From contig NW_019028989.1 in the NCBI RefSeq assembly GCF_002105155.1, positions 372,001 to 436,000 on the forward strand: 64,000 bases of DNA, given 5' to 3'. A model generated the notes under the pieces. It was not told the DNA's origin. It worked only from the letters and a program-made list of their open reading frames with translations, and made no database searches. A program made the translations under genes and the position numbers. How positions within the stretch are numbered: the stretch's first letter is position 1; every line of letters begins with the position of its first letter. Origin of the DNA: Lobosporangium transversale. Taxonomy: Eukaryota. Positions 48,708 to 61,189 of the stretch are shown piece by piece.

Positions 48708-49387
48708 GGCGCGTTACAATAGGCAAGGCGTAGAAGACGTAATAGAGATTGGGGTTGTGTATAAATCTGCTTTTCTACAAGGATCAAAGCCACGATAGCC
48801 CAATTGATCTTTGATCCAACCGTGCCAATGCATATGGCAGATTATGTAAGCCGTAGTAGACAGGCATAACAACAAATAACAACAAAGACAGTATCTGCAA
48901 AGCGCTCTTGTAACCCAGGCTCGTCTTTAACTTTTTTTATTGTTGATGAGCATCTTTGAACTGTATGGATTTGTACATCGAGATAAGGTAATGTCGAGAT
49001 AGTCATGACGAAAAACATCTTGCAGAAGACATTATATCGACAGCTTTAAGATCACTGATAGTCAGGACAATACTACTCCCTTTGTGGTAGCAGCAGCAAT
49101 TGATGCTTTGTGGGTATAGGTTTTTTTTAACAAATTAGGAAGAGCACTTTTTTATTTTTGTTAGTGCTTCAGCACTTGGTGCCATTGAGCAGTAGAGACA
49201 CATCGTATGTCGACTTGTGATTACACATTGTGCCTTCCAGAAATATTGACAAAGCAGCCACTTTCAATCAATTTGCTTGATTTAATAGAGAGAATGCAAA
49301 GTGTTTATGATGATTTTAATTTTGATATAAAAAAAAAAAAAGATAGATGGTCTACTTCGTACTCCTTTTCATCTGAATGATATTTAT

Positions 49388-52300
49388 CTAAGGTTGTGTC
49401 TTTAATGTCACCTTGATACCCATGGCCATGAGTTCCGTTGCAAGGTATCGGAACACATAGGGCAATGCGATCTGATCGATACCTGATGATGTTTGGCAGG
49501 CTCGGCACTCAATCTCACGCACACTAGACAGGGATCCCGAAGCATGCGCAGAGATAGGTGATGTGATACTTCCACACCTTGTGCATACATGGCAAAGTGA
49601 ATAGTCTGAACAATTCATCAAGCGATCCTGCAATAAAAAGGAAGTTCCGTGTGCAAGCAGCGAATCACGTTCCATCTCTCCGAAACGGATTCCTCCTGCA
49701 CGCTTACGACCCTTGACAGGCTGCATCGTCAAGTTGTGGACCGGACCTGTCGTACGCACCTGGTACTTATCAGAAACCATGTGACGAAGACGTTGATAGT
49801 AAACCACCTACATGAAAAAGCAAAAAAAGTAAAAAAAAGTCAGACAACCATGACTCTGTTTTATCCTGCTGCAATACAATCAGAACTAAGAACGCAAACT
49901 TACCCCAAGATAAATATCAACTTTGAACTCTTCTCCTGTGATACCACTGTACATAGGCTCGTTACCATGGTAGTTATATCCGGCAGCCCTGAGTTGCTCT
50001 CCAAAATAATCTGCTGCTGTGAATTGCTCATTAAAAGTAAAGGGCGTCGCATCCTGTGCAATTCCATGAAGTGCGCCACTCTTTCCTGCCAAACTTTCCA
50101 CAAACATTCCGATTGTCATACGTGAAGGGAAAGCATGAGGGTTGATAATGACATCAGGCTGGATACCTGATTCTGAAAAAGGCATATCGACTGCCGGCCA
50201 TTTTTGTGAACAAACTCCCTTCTGTCCATGACGAGATGAAAATTTGTCTCCAATAATGGGTGAACGTGTGATGCGAAGCTTAATGTGGATCTTCTGGAGC
50301 TCAGTGTCACCATTATCTGATCCTAAAAGGCGGACTTCATCAACAATACCTTCCTCCATGCTCTTGTACTTCTTGATCGAAGTCTTGCCCGTGGTATCGT
50401 CAATGTAAGCACAGAGAGGATCGCCTTCCCTTAATGTGACTCCAATAAACGGAAGACCATCCTTATCCAGCTTTTCTCTCCAAGCGCGCGGGGCATCTAA
50501 GCCTAGGCCAAAGTGGTGAAGAATAGGTTCTCCGCGAATCCTAAAGTCGCTTAAATCCACAATCTCAGACTTGTAGATAGTACCATAACCAAATCCACGC
50601 TCATGTGAAGACTTGTTCAAGATCATAGCATCCTCCATATCATAACCAGTATACGAGATGACAGCGACAACAGCATTCATACCGTTGGGGAATCCATCCA
50701 TACCATAAGTGTCATGAAGTGCGGGGCGGACAACAGGTGTTTGTCCAGTCTGCAGACGGTACATCTTATTATCGGTACGATACTTGATGGCAGTAGAAGG
50801 CGTTCCCATTGCCTGTTTACCCATTTGACACTGGTACATATTACGAGGAGACTGGTTAAAGTCTGAGAAGGGCGTCAAGTTGGCCAGAATACTAAGCATG
50901 CTTGTGGGGGCGAGCTCCTGATGTGTACTCTCGCCAGGACGAACTTCGTCGTCCATACAGGCGATTTCCATGTAAACTTGCTCAAACGACCCAACCATGT
51001 CGGTTTTACCATTGGCCAGGTAGCGTACCGGGCGCATCATACGTGCTGGAGTAGAAAAGATGTAAAGACCAGGATACTGACCGCCTTGCGAGACAGGGAC
51101 ATATCCCAGTTCGAGATCGAGTGGAACGGCTCCTTGGTATGCGCCACTAACTTTATACTGACGAAGAGCATCAGCAACTTCTTTGGCCTTCTGTGATGAG
51201 CAATATCCAACAATACGTCCATCCAACTGGATAACTACTGTGTTCTGACCGTTTGCGGGGACCAAGGTCTGAGACACTCCCAATGATGCCAATATTGAGG
51301 GCAGACGAGAGACGTTAGCTGGCTGTGTGATAACTTTACAGGTGTGAGACAGGTGATTTAATAAACCACAAGGCGAACCATCGGGAGTGTGAACTGGACA
51401 CAAGAAACCCCAGGCCTCTGGAAGCAGCTTACGAACAGTGGTAGTCTTGAGTTCGGCAAAGAAAGAACCACGATGGATACAACGGAAGTGAGCCAGAAAA
51501 CGATAAAAGTTGAGCTTTTCAGCAACGATGGTGTAACCAGTTGCTTGCTGCAAATCCAGACCCGTATTTGATACCAAGTTTCCAGTGGCTAAGAAATAGG
51601 ACATTTTTTGACCAATATCCTGCAAACCCGAGAGCTTCTGAAGTGTTTTTGTGAAGTAATGGTCTATTGGGTAAGAAATTACGTATTAGCCTATCGCACA
51701 GACGCATATCATACAACTGTTACAGACCCTAGTTCTCCTTAGACTAACTACTTGAATAAACTTACTATCCAAAAAGTCGACGCCCGCAAGCTTGCGACGA
51801 ACATCCTGGTTGATCTGTGCTCTAATGCCGTTCAGCCAATCTTCAATCTTCTCCTTGATAATGGCGCCGTACAAATGTCCGCCCAAGAGCACTTCTTGAT
51901 GCTGAGGAGAATCTGGATTATCGGGTGCACACTCACCAGCGACAAGAGCATAGACCTTGCGAATCATGAAGCTGGAGAGGAAATATCGCAAAGAAACTAT
52001 ATCAGCACTTTTGATCAAATTGACAATACGCTTTTCCTTTTTTCTTGATTCCATCGATGGCATCATTGAAGCAATCTGCATATATTTCCCTTCCTTACAT
52101 TAAAAGATTAAATTTGTCCCGGTTATTCTTCAAGTGAACAAGGATGATCTTGCGAAGCAACCCCTCACCAACCTCGACATCAGTGTGATCTTCAGGAAAA
52201 CCCATGACGACTCTGAATTTATCTCCAAGGTAGGCCAAACACTGCTCGCGCGTATGAAGAGCATATGTTTTGAAGCTGCGAAGCATAAGTTCAACACGGT

Positions 52301-53447
52301 CTGTTAAGAAGGTGTTGCCCAAGTCACCTAACATAATACTGTCGAAAATCTCCTTATCCGAGGTCTCAATTAATGACTGCCGGAGCATTATAAAAAAGAA
52401 AGATTAGCCTGTTTCCTGAATATATGTCATCATCCTAACAACATCGCTTCATAATCACAACCCTAACCTTCAAAATCAACATAGTAGGGACTAGGTATTC
52501 CTGCTTTCTCCACGCAAATCTGAGCATGCTACCTCCATCGGTCAAATAGTGGACAGTGTTGGTATGAGAAGTTTGATCAGGTCTCGCACATCGGATGGCT
52601 GTACCGTAGCTAGAGTATGTAGGCCCACGGTTGGTGAAACTGGAGCGGATCAAGGCGATGACGTGGTTGCGGCGTGGAACGATCAATAGACGAATTAACT
52701 TTTCAATTCCGTTGACTAGAAAGTATCCTCCAAACTCTTCTGATTCTTCATGATGCTTGATAAGCTCCTTTGGGAAAGCGCCATCCAGATTGCATCGGTT
52801 GGATCGAATCATGACCGGTACCAGACCCATATCACGATTCTCAACAACAACGGGTCCATCGTTGACACGCCATGCAAGCTTAACTTGCAATTTTCCTTTA
52901 TAGGTGTTGAGTCTTTCTCTAGCCTATACATGTAAAAAGCTTACTCTGTTCAGTAATCAAAGTCTTAATTTATGCCTTTTTTTTTTATTTTTTTTATCAA
53001 GCTTGACAAGTGGGTGGATACCTCGGTGGGATAGATCTGGCGAGTTTTTGAGTAACGTTCTTTTTCAGAGAGCATGGGCTTGCTTAGTGAGATTTCATCC
53101 ACCCAGTCTATTCCAAGGATTTTTCATCAGAATTGATTGAGTATTAAGTTCCCTCAATTTACAATAAAAAACTGATCAACTGTTGCATTATTCTTTTAAG
53201 ACATACAAGTCAACTTATTGCCAAGTCCACCGCCATGTTTATCGAACACAGCCTTGGGGCCGATATCCTCGATGGCTAAGTCAAGTAGACCTGTCTTTGA
53301 GCCAGCGCCAAACTCTGTTAGGGCATTGAAAGCCTCAATATGGGGTGCCACCAACTCCTGCAGAGCCGGCGTCTGGAAAGACTTGTCAGAAGGGTTCTTG
53401 AAAATCCGCTCCCTCTCCAACGTATTGAACTTTGCATTTGGTGGCAT
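49388..53447 (-). CDS. RPA2: DNA-directed RNA polymerase I second-largest subunit
   Basis: Seven exons. [120 protein letters not shown], and a C-terminal zinc ribbon. Confidence 0.98.
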
Positions 53448-53627
53448 GGTGGAAGGATAATATTAGGCGATGAGAAGGGTGAAGCCCGAGCACAATGAAG
53501 AGCTGTAGGGCAATGGACGAAGGATAGGTAAACTGGGTGGGGTGGTGCCGAAAAGGATAGGTATCACACATTAAAAAAAAAAAAAAAAAAAAAAAAACAA
53601 ATTAATATAAGCCACAGCAGCATCGTG

Positions 53628-53635
53628 ATCACGTG
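53628..53635. promoter_or_regulatory. RTCACGTG E-box upstream of RPA2
   Basis: atcacgtg lies ~180 bp upstream of the RPA2 ATG, next to an A-tract. Confidence 0.35.
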
Positions 53636-53784
53636 GTAGATTTGTCCTTTCGAGTTTACAAGTGCAATGAACATAAGACATCAACGATAACTGGTTGTTT
53701 GAACGAAGAAATGATGATATTGTTTATATGACAATAATTACAGTAAAAATAAAACGGCCAACTACTCTACGTTGTATGTATAGC

Positions 53785-56700
53785 TTAAAATCTGTTTTGG
53801 TTTTGGTTCATGGGTGTGTCTGAAGTACTCATACGCGAGCCTGCTGCTCCATTACCGACTTGGCCCCCTACAATTGATCCAGCTGTCCATGAGTTTCGTG
53901 GCAAGCTTTGCAGTTGTGTTGGCACCTGAGGTTGCTGCTGAAGTTGATGAGTATTGTAGGCGAATTGAGGTGCTGGTGAAAACGATCGCGTGGGAGTACC
54001 AGGGACAGCAGTGTTGATCAATGTGGCATTCGGCATCACAGGTGTTCCCATTGATCCTACAACACCAACAGGGCCACCTCCGAACGCAGGAGACTGTGGA
54101 CGACTATTGCCACCATACATGCTTCCCATGAATGGTCCTGAGGGTACTGTCATCGGAATGTTCATGCCGCCCATAGTCGACATTGGAATCTCGGCGCCAC
54201 TGCCATGGATATTGTTAGCACCGCCGTAGGTCGATCCAGCTCTTGATCCTCGCCCGTCATTATAGAATTGCTGTTGTGGTTGTTGAGGATAACCAGCACC
54301 GTATGGGATTCTTGATGCCTTTGACTCTAATGAACCCGTTGTCTGGACCTCCCACAATTCCTGTTCATAATCGGACCACTTCTTTTGGGGAATCGTCTTG
54401 GGATCGAACAGCTTGCCTTCCAGTTGATCTGCAGAAACAGCCTTGGTTCGCCCCTTCTCACCAACTACCAGACGTGTGTTACCCCATGAGAAGTCATCAA
54501 AGTGCCAAAACGAGTACAGAGGTAAATAGAATGAGAATACAGGGATGGCCAAGATGTACACAATCATCCATCCAATGTGCTCCCATTTGCGTCTAAGGAT
54601 AAAGATGATTGCCTGAAGACCGTAGATAGCACCCATCATAATGATTGCCAATTTAGGGATCGATCCATCATTGGCAACAATGGAATAAATAAGGTATCCA
54701 ATATAGACCACGGTCACGGGCATAATCAGTGTTGCAAACAAGTCGATCATGACAATGAATCGCATGGAGAAACAGCAGAAACCGCACAGTTGAGGCAAGA
54801 ATACCAATTCCATCAAATTATGCACAGTGGAGTTGATCCAGCGACGACGTTGTGACAATAAAACTCTCCATTGATCTGGAACGTTGGTTCTGCACTGAGC
54901 ATCGGGAGTAAACGTCATCTTGTAATTAGGGAAGTGTTTCAACATCAAGGTTGTCAGGTATCGATCTTCTCCCAAATGGAGCAAATTCTTCTTGTGCAGA
55001 GTGTCCACCTTATTTTCCGAATAATCCTCAATAATGTTGTTTGAGATGAGTAGTGGAGTCGACTTGGTGGGTGTACGAATGCGATACATACAGAAACATC
55101 CAGGCAAACAGGTAACGGATCCAAACAGAGATTCGAAAGCTTTGGACAAATGGTGAGAAATAAAGTACTCATAAACCTGCATCATTGTCACCCAAGAATC
55201 CTTCTCGTTTGCAATTTGGGTCTCTCCACACAATCCCATTACTTTCGTGTCGTGCAAGAAGACAGATACCATCCTGTTGAGCGAATCTGGTAAGACCTCT
55301 GTATCCGAATCCACCATGAGGACGTACTCATAAAACGATGGGTTCACGCCGATGACATTCTTAATTTGATGATACATTTCCAGCTCCATGGGTGTCATGG
55401 GCGAGTTAAAGTGTACTTTGTTTAAGAACCGCATCAAAATCATCTGGGAGTCTCGCTTGCCACGGTTACCCGGTCGCTGACGCTCAGTGGGTGTTCCAAC
55501 CTTAACAATCACGATATAAGGCACCACATGTCCATTATATTCATACAATCCAGAGTAAACCTTGCCCATGTTATGCTGCTTCTGACCTTCGCCCAAACTC
55601 AAGAAGCTTAGAGGCTCAGGATCAATATTGGGATCAACACCAAGGATATCCAAGACAATACGCGGCGTTGGACGATCGTTTCCTGATCCAATAATCATTC
55701 CATCTGCAATCACAAACAAAAGCTTGCGCTTATCGTCGTATCGCAAGGCTGCCAAAGAATCGAGCGTCTTTCGAAGCGACTCCTCACCCTCAGTGTAACA
55801 GGGTACCTGAAGGATAATAAATTTGTCATGTTCTTCCGGCTCTCGCTTGGACCCTAATTGCAACGCGGCCAAGAACTTGAATCCAATCGTGCAAACAATC
55901 AAGATGGAGGGTACTAGAAGCATATAATTGGCAAATTGGCATCGGAAACTTGTACGCTCATCAACACGACCGACAAAGAACAGGTTTCGGAGACAGACCT
56001 TCATGACAAACTTCATGTTGCTGTCAAGAGGCAGACCATTGAACTTGCTAGTGATATCTTCTCCTGCATTAACCGAAAACAAGCTCACAACCGAGGGTTC
56101 CATGAATGCAGGGTTGACATTGGGCGTCTGTTCCCCAGCTTTGGTCCTGACCACGCCCTGATTACCAGCTTGGATGTAGTTGGTCATATCATAGACATTA
56201 CCGTCCAAAATGGCCCATCGCTTCTTAATACCGTCTGCTGCAGCCTGTTCCTTAATAAATTTTGGCGTATAGGCCAAGAAACCGACTCGCCACTGCCGCA
56301 TAAAGACCATTTTCTGATAATACCAATCAGGCCTTGAAACATTAGTAAATTCTCGAAAATCGTGGTAGCGGCTGTTAGGATCAACTGCACCCAATTCAGG
56401 CAGCTGAATCGAGGGATCGATTGACGCGGATCCATATCCATTAAGACCATCACAAAGTGCGCTAGGCTGGACTGGGAAGATGGGGGTGGAATCGATACCT
56501 GCATACTGTAGTAGTTGGGTATGTGTCACAATACTGGGGTTATGTTGAACCATAAACTTCCTCATATCGAAAATCTCTCCTCGAACCATCGTCAACGGCC
56601 TATTGGATTTGGCATGATGATCCGACAGCTCTCCAGGCGAGTAGACATACTGATGAGGGCAGATCAACTCCCCCAGGACAGCAATATACATGATCATGAT

Positions 56701-59700
56701 CAAGGACAAGAAGAAAATAAGGATACAGAGAGCAACCTTCTCGCGCCAAGCCATGCGGATATCAGGGCGTGCCATCCTGCCACACTTGGACAATAAGAAA
56801 CTAGGAATCCACCACGTAAGCGCATAAGTCAAAAAAACCCAGTTACGACGTGCAGAGGTAACGGGCACATTCTCCTCCTCGTCATCCTCAAGGCCTTCCT
56901 TTTTGAGACCATCCTTGCCATCACCTAGGGTGCCTTCACGATCAGGGTCAGTTAAGGCCCCGTCAGCATGCATCATCATGCCACGCTTCTCTGCATCGCC
57001 AAATAGACGTGTGTTAGGACGATAAATCTCGGAGCCTCCGTAGACAGACTCGTTCTCGAAGCGGTTAGCACCTACAGCTCCTCGCATATATGGGTCATAT
57101 TCAGACTGATTATCATCTCCAGAATAAAAGGATCGGTTCTCAAGCCTCTCATTGGCCATAAAGGATGCGTGAGCTGGATGAAGTCCGGAAAAATAACCTG
57201 CCTGAGGTGGTTGCGCGAAGTAACCACCTGGCTGCTGTTGCTGAAGCATATCTTGGTGTTGCTGCAAATGTTGCTGCTGCAGTAGGAGCGGCGCTGCCAT
57301 CGCTGTGTTTGAGTTGATGGACTGGTCATCCTCAGACATGTTGGGGATATCTCCCCTGAAGCTGCCAGGCGTGCCGAGTCCGTTGTTTAATCCTGCAAAT
57401 GCGCCCTGGAATCCCATTCCATCGACGACCGCAGATGGAGTTGGGGCCAGCCCTGTTCCAGGCGTTAGCATGACGGCTTCATCCTTCTTATCGCCCTTCT
57501 TGTCAGAATCTGAACCCTTGAGACGGTGTTCAAGCTCCCTCCATGTCTTTTCAGACAGGAAAATACGGTGCATACCAACGCTTGCATCGTGGATAGTCCA
57601 TTTCTCTTCCGCATAGACAGTATCCATCCTGCTCTTCAATGGAGCCCCAGCAGGCATGTCTTCCAAAATATTTAAATACAGCGATGTATATCTGTCCAAG
57701 AATTCTTGATGAGTGCAACTGATCGTGTACTCGATGGCAAGTCTTTGAGCAGCCTGAGCCAAGCAGAGAGAACGGACCTGGGCCTTGAGAGTGATAGAAT
57801 CTACATGGTTCGGCATGCCTGTGTCGTTGGATCTGAGACAGATCAAGAACCAAGGAGTCGTTTCCGCTAAAGAATCGCATAGTTCCTGGGTAGCAGATTG
57901 GATCTGCGCTGCCATAGAGATCACTTTACCTACAGTGGAACTGCCACTGTCACCAGACTTTTCCGTTTTCGCTGATGTATCTTCAACCTTTTTAGGTCGG
58001 CGCATCGAAGGAGCACGCTTAGGCTTATTTGATTGCTATTAAATTTTAGCCATGCAAAAAAAAAAAAAAAAAAAGCCATCAAATGATATCAGCTCCTATC
58101 CTTACTATGATTGGTGCAGAAAAAAAAAAAAAAAAAAAAGGGTTTCTTTTCTTCTATTACCTGTGCAGCAACGATAGTATTGTTATTGCGGGGATGCGAT
58201 TCGGTTGTCAGGGCTTTGTCTGTGAAAAGTCCTTTGACAAATGGATTCATACTAGGCGAAACACCGGGTCCACCTCGGAAAAGTGTTACAAAGTCAGAGC
58301 TGAGGTTATCCACATTTTGCTCTAACCATCCCTCGACTGTGTATGTAACGGGTGCCAAGAAGTGCTGGATCGTGAAAGATGGGTGTGTGTTCATATTTCG
58401 GGTAATGGTCAAAGAATCATGTCTGGGATATTGTTTCGAAAATGCTTCCAACATTGTGGCATCCGTCTTGCGCCCAATATGGCGGGACTGGTTCGACATG
58501 ATACCGATCAATCCTTCCTCGGACTCCATACCTAACATCTGTAAACAGGCTGCATTGTCAAAAAAGTGTGTCCTAGGGATGGAAAGGCCCTCAACTTCAT
58601 AGTCTGAATAGCTAGCCTCAAAGACATGGTTGAGGAAGAACTGATGAAGCCTCTCATTCGCATAGTTGACACAGAACTGATCCAGTCTGTTGACGCTGAA
58701 TTGTTGGAACCCAAACATATCAACTACTCCAATAAAGTTGGCTGGCGCCTCATGACAGAGCTTGACGTTGAAATACTCGACAATCCATGAGAACAGCAGG
58801 GAGTACAGTGCTTGCGCCATTTCGTCTCGTTGCTGCTCTGCACCTTGAGCGTCCAAGAAGACTGAGCAAAGCTCCTTCTTGATCATCTTCGTCTTGTAGG
58901 TCAATGTATTCTGAAGGGCGTTCGGATCAACTCCTAAGATGTCGGCCACAAAGATCAGAGTGTCAACATTCCTCACCACACAGGCGTCGTTTGTGTGGGT
59001 CGCATCCTCCATAAATGTCAAATTGCCGAGATGTAAAACTGCCGCCACGAGTTGGAAAATCTGAGCGACCTGTGTCTTTTGAAAGCCCATTACTTTGAGC
59101 GCCATCCTGAGGTTAGCGAATTCAGTCGCATCGTCCATCCCTGGCAGTGTCCTGTTCCTGTTGAGTGATGCTGGGGATAGGTAATGAAACTGTCCCTCTG
59201 TCAATTTCAGAAAAGTCTTCTCTTCTGTGCTTGCACCTGCGAGTAATTGGTAGAAGATATGGAAATTGCGTTCATCTGGTACTGAGGCTGAATGGCTGAT
59301 ACGTTTCTTCTCCAGGAAATAATCCAGCATTTTGGCACCCAACAAACGACCGCGTTCATTAAATTGCAATTCTGTAAAACGTCCAACACGAGAAGCATTG
59401 ATATTAAGACTGGTCTTGGCATGTCCAAAGGCTTCGATGATGACACTTGCGGCCAAGATCTGATTTTGAACCCGTGCCTCCTTCTTGGGCTGGCTGCTCA
59501 GTGCCAATAGTTGGCGGATTACCAAACGAGCGGCCTCTGTTTTTCCACTTCCGCTTTGGCCACTATTGTTCACAAAACAAAAAAAGAAATTAGTGTTACA
59601 GATTGAGAGCACTCTGGAAGGAAAAAAAAAAAAAAAAAAAAAAAAAAAGGAGGTTGAAAGAGTTCATGAAACAGGCACAATGGCCTCAAACAAGACTACT

Positions 59701-60514
59701 GTGCTTCATTATACCAGCGGTAACCCAAGATCACACCCAGTCTTTTCTTTCACACAACCCAGGACAAGATAGGAGATAGGCATGCATGGTCGTTAAAGCA
59801 TTGACAACAAATTAGCATTTCTATGACGGTAAAGCAGGAGCAATGCCCCAGCTTTAATTTTTGATTTGTTTTGCACCTTCTAGCACAGAAGTATACCCCC
59901 GTTGTGCCTGAAATTAAATACATAAAAAAACCCCACTTCGCATGGAAAGATGGGATGAGGACGGGACTTTTTTTTTTTTTTTTTTACATTGATACAGATA
60001 CATGTCCAAGTATTTGATTAACATTGTGCATTGTACCGGACCATTAAATAAACCGAAGACTGATGAGGATGCAAACAGATTAATGAAGTATGAAAAGGAG
60101 AGGAGATGGGAAATAAACTATGACAAAGACTGTGTTTGGGTCGCTTTACCTGGTAATAATGGATTGGTCCTGACCTGTTCTGCGCATATGTAGATATGCA
60201 CTCGTGGCAAGTTGGATAGCATGTGGGGCCGGTATACTTCCTGTGATGGGTCGTTGTTGTGATGGATCCCTTTTGTTGACTTGATCTGTTGGTACGAGGC
60301 GTGCGCCATCTTTGTATGTCAAGACCTGGTCCTGGAGTACTGCCTCTGATATATCAGTTCTACCGGGGATGAAAGGGTTAAGTTGGAGGAGGACGGAAGA
60401 TGCGATTCGTGTGTAGATCTGACCCTGCTGGAATCGGTTTGCAAGGATCGATGTCAGGTTATCCTCCGTCGGATGAGGCAACTGTGACAGATCAGGCTGT
60501 TGTTGCTGATCCAT
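53785..60514 (-). CDS. chitin synthase with N-terminal myosin motor-like domain (class V/VII type)
   Basis: Three exons (approx. 60514-60151, 59563-58141, 58036-53785). Myosin motifs SGQSGSGKTE, EAFGHAKT, ERNFHIFYQLL, DQFCVNYANERL; cytochrome b5-like regions; GT2 motifs NRGKRDSQ, LMVDSDT, VTCLPGCF, LGEDRYL, QRRRW, FSWGNTR. Confidence 0.97.
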
Positions 60515-61141
60515 GATGCCAATCCTTTCTTTCAATTGATTTTTTTTATTCCTTTAAACTGTCTTTATGTCAGTCTTTCTTCCGGGAAAAAGTGATAATG
60601 ATGGATGATGAAGAGAATGATTGGTCCAGTAATATTATAAGGTCCGAGATTGATCAGGAAGGAGCTATGCTATTATTGTATTTAGAAGAGTGCCCCGTAG
60701 TTGAGATCTGGAAAAGGAGATATTAGAGAAGATAAAAGTGCAAACGAGACAAGAGGGAGAAAAGGGAGAAAAGAATAAGGAAGAAAAAAAAAGGAAAGAA
60801 AAGAAAAGGAAAAGGAGATGCAAAAAAAGATCGGTTAGTGACAAACAGTAAAGATTCATGGATGATATTCGACCTCGCCTCCTAAACTCTTTTTTTTTTT
60901 TTTTCTTTTATTTCCACCACGAGGTTCAGCCCTCTCCACACACACACACTCTTGTTGCAGCAGTGGTTTACAGTGTAGTAAAAGCACAGCGTTTGACTAT
61001 AAGATCGTTGAAACTATCAAGAGCGAATCTAACAAACACTCCGCTCAATATCTTACAAGATACGAAAAGACGGGGAAGGACAATTATGAGAACAGCAAAT
61101 AAAGCTGATAGGAAGAATAGAATGACAGGAATCAAAAACAG

Positions 61142-61189
61142 ATGAGAATGAGAATGAGAATGAGAATGAGAATGAGAATGAAAATGAAA
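61142..61189. repeat. hexanucleotide microsatellite (atgaga)x6 + (atgaaa)x2
   Basis: Directly visible upstream of the chitin synthase gene. Confidence 0.9.

Noticed and set aside
52923..53021. RPA2 intron with 5' GTATCC, a possible U12-type intron
   Set aside because: It reads GTATCCAC rather than GTATCCTT, and there is no TCCTTAAC-like branch point, so I treat it as U2-type.
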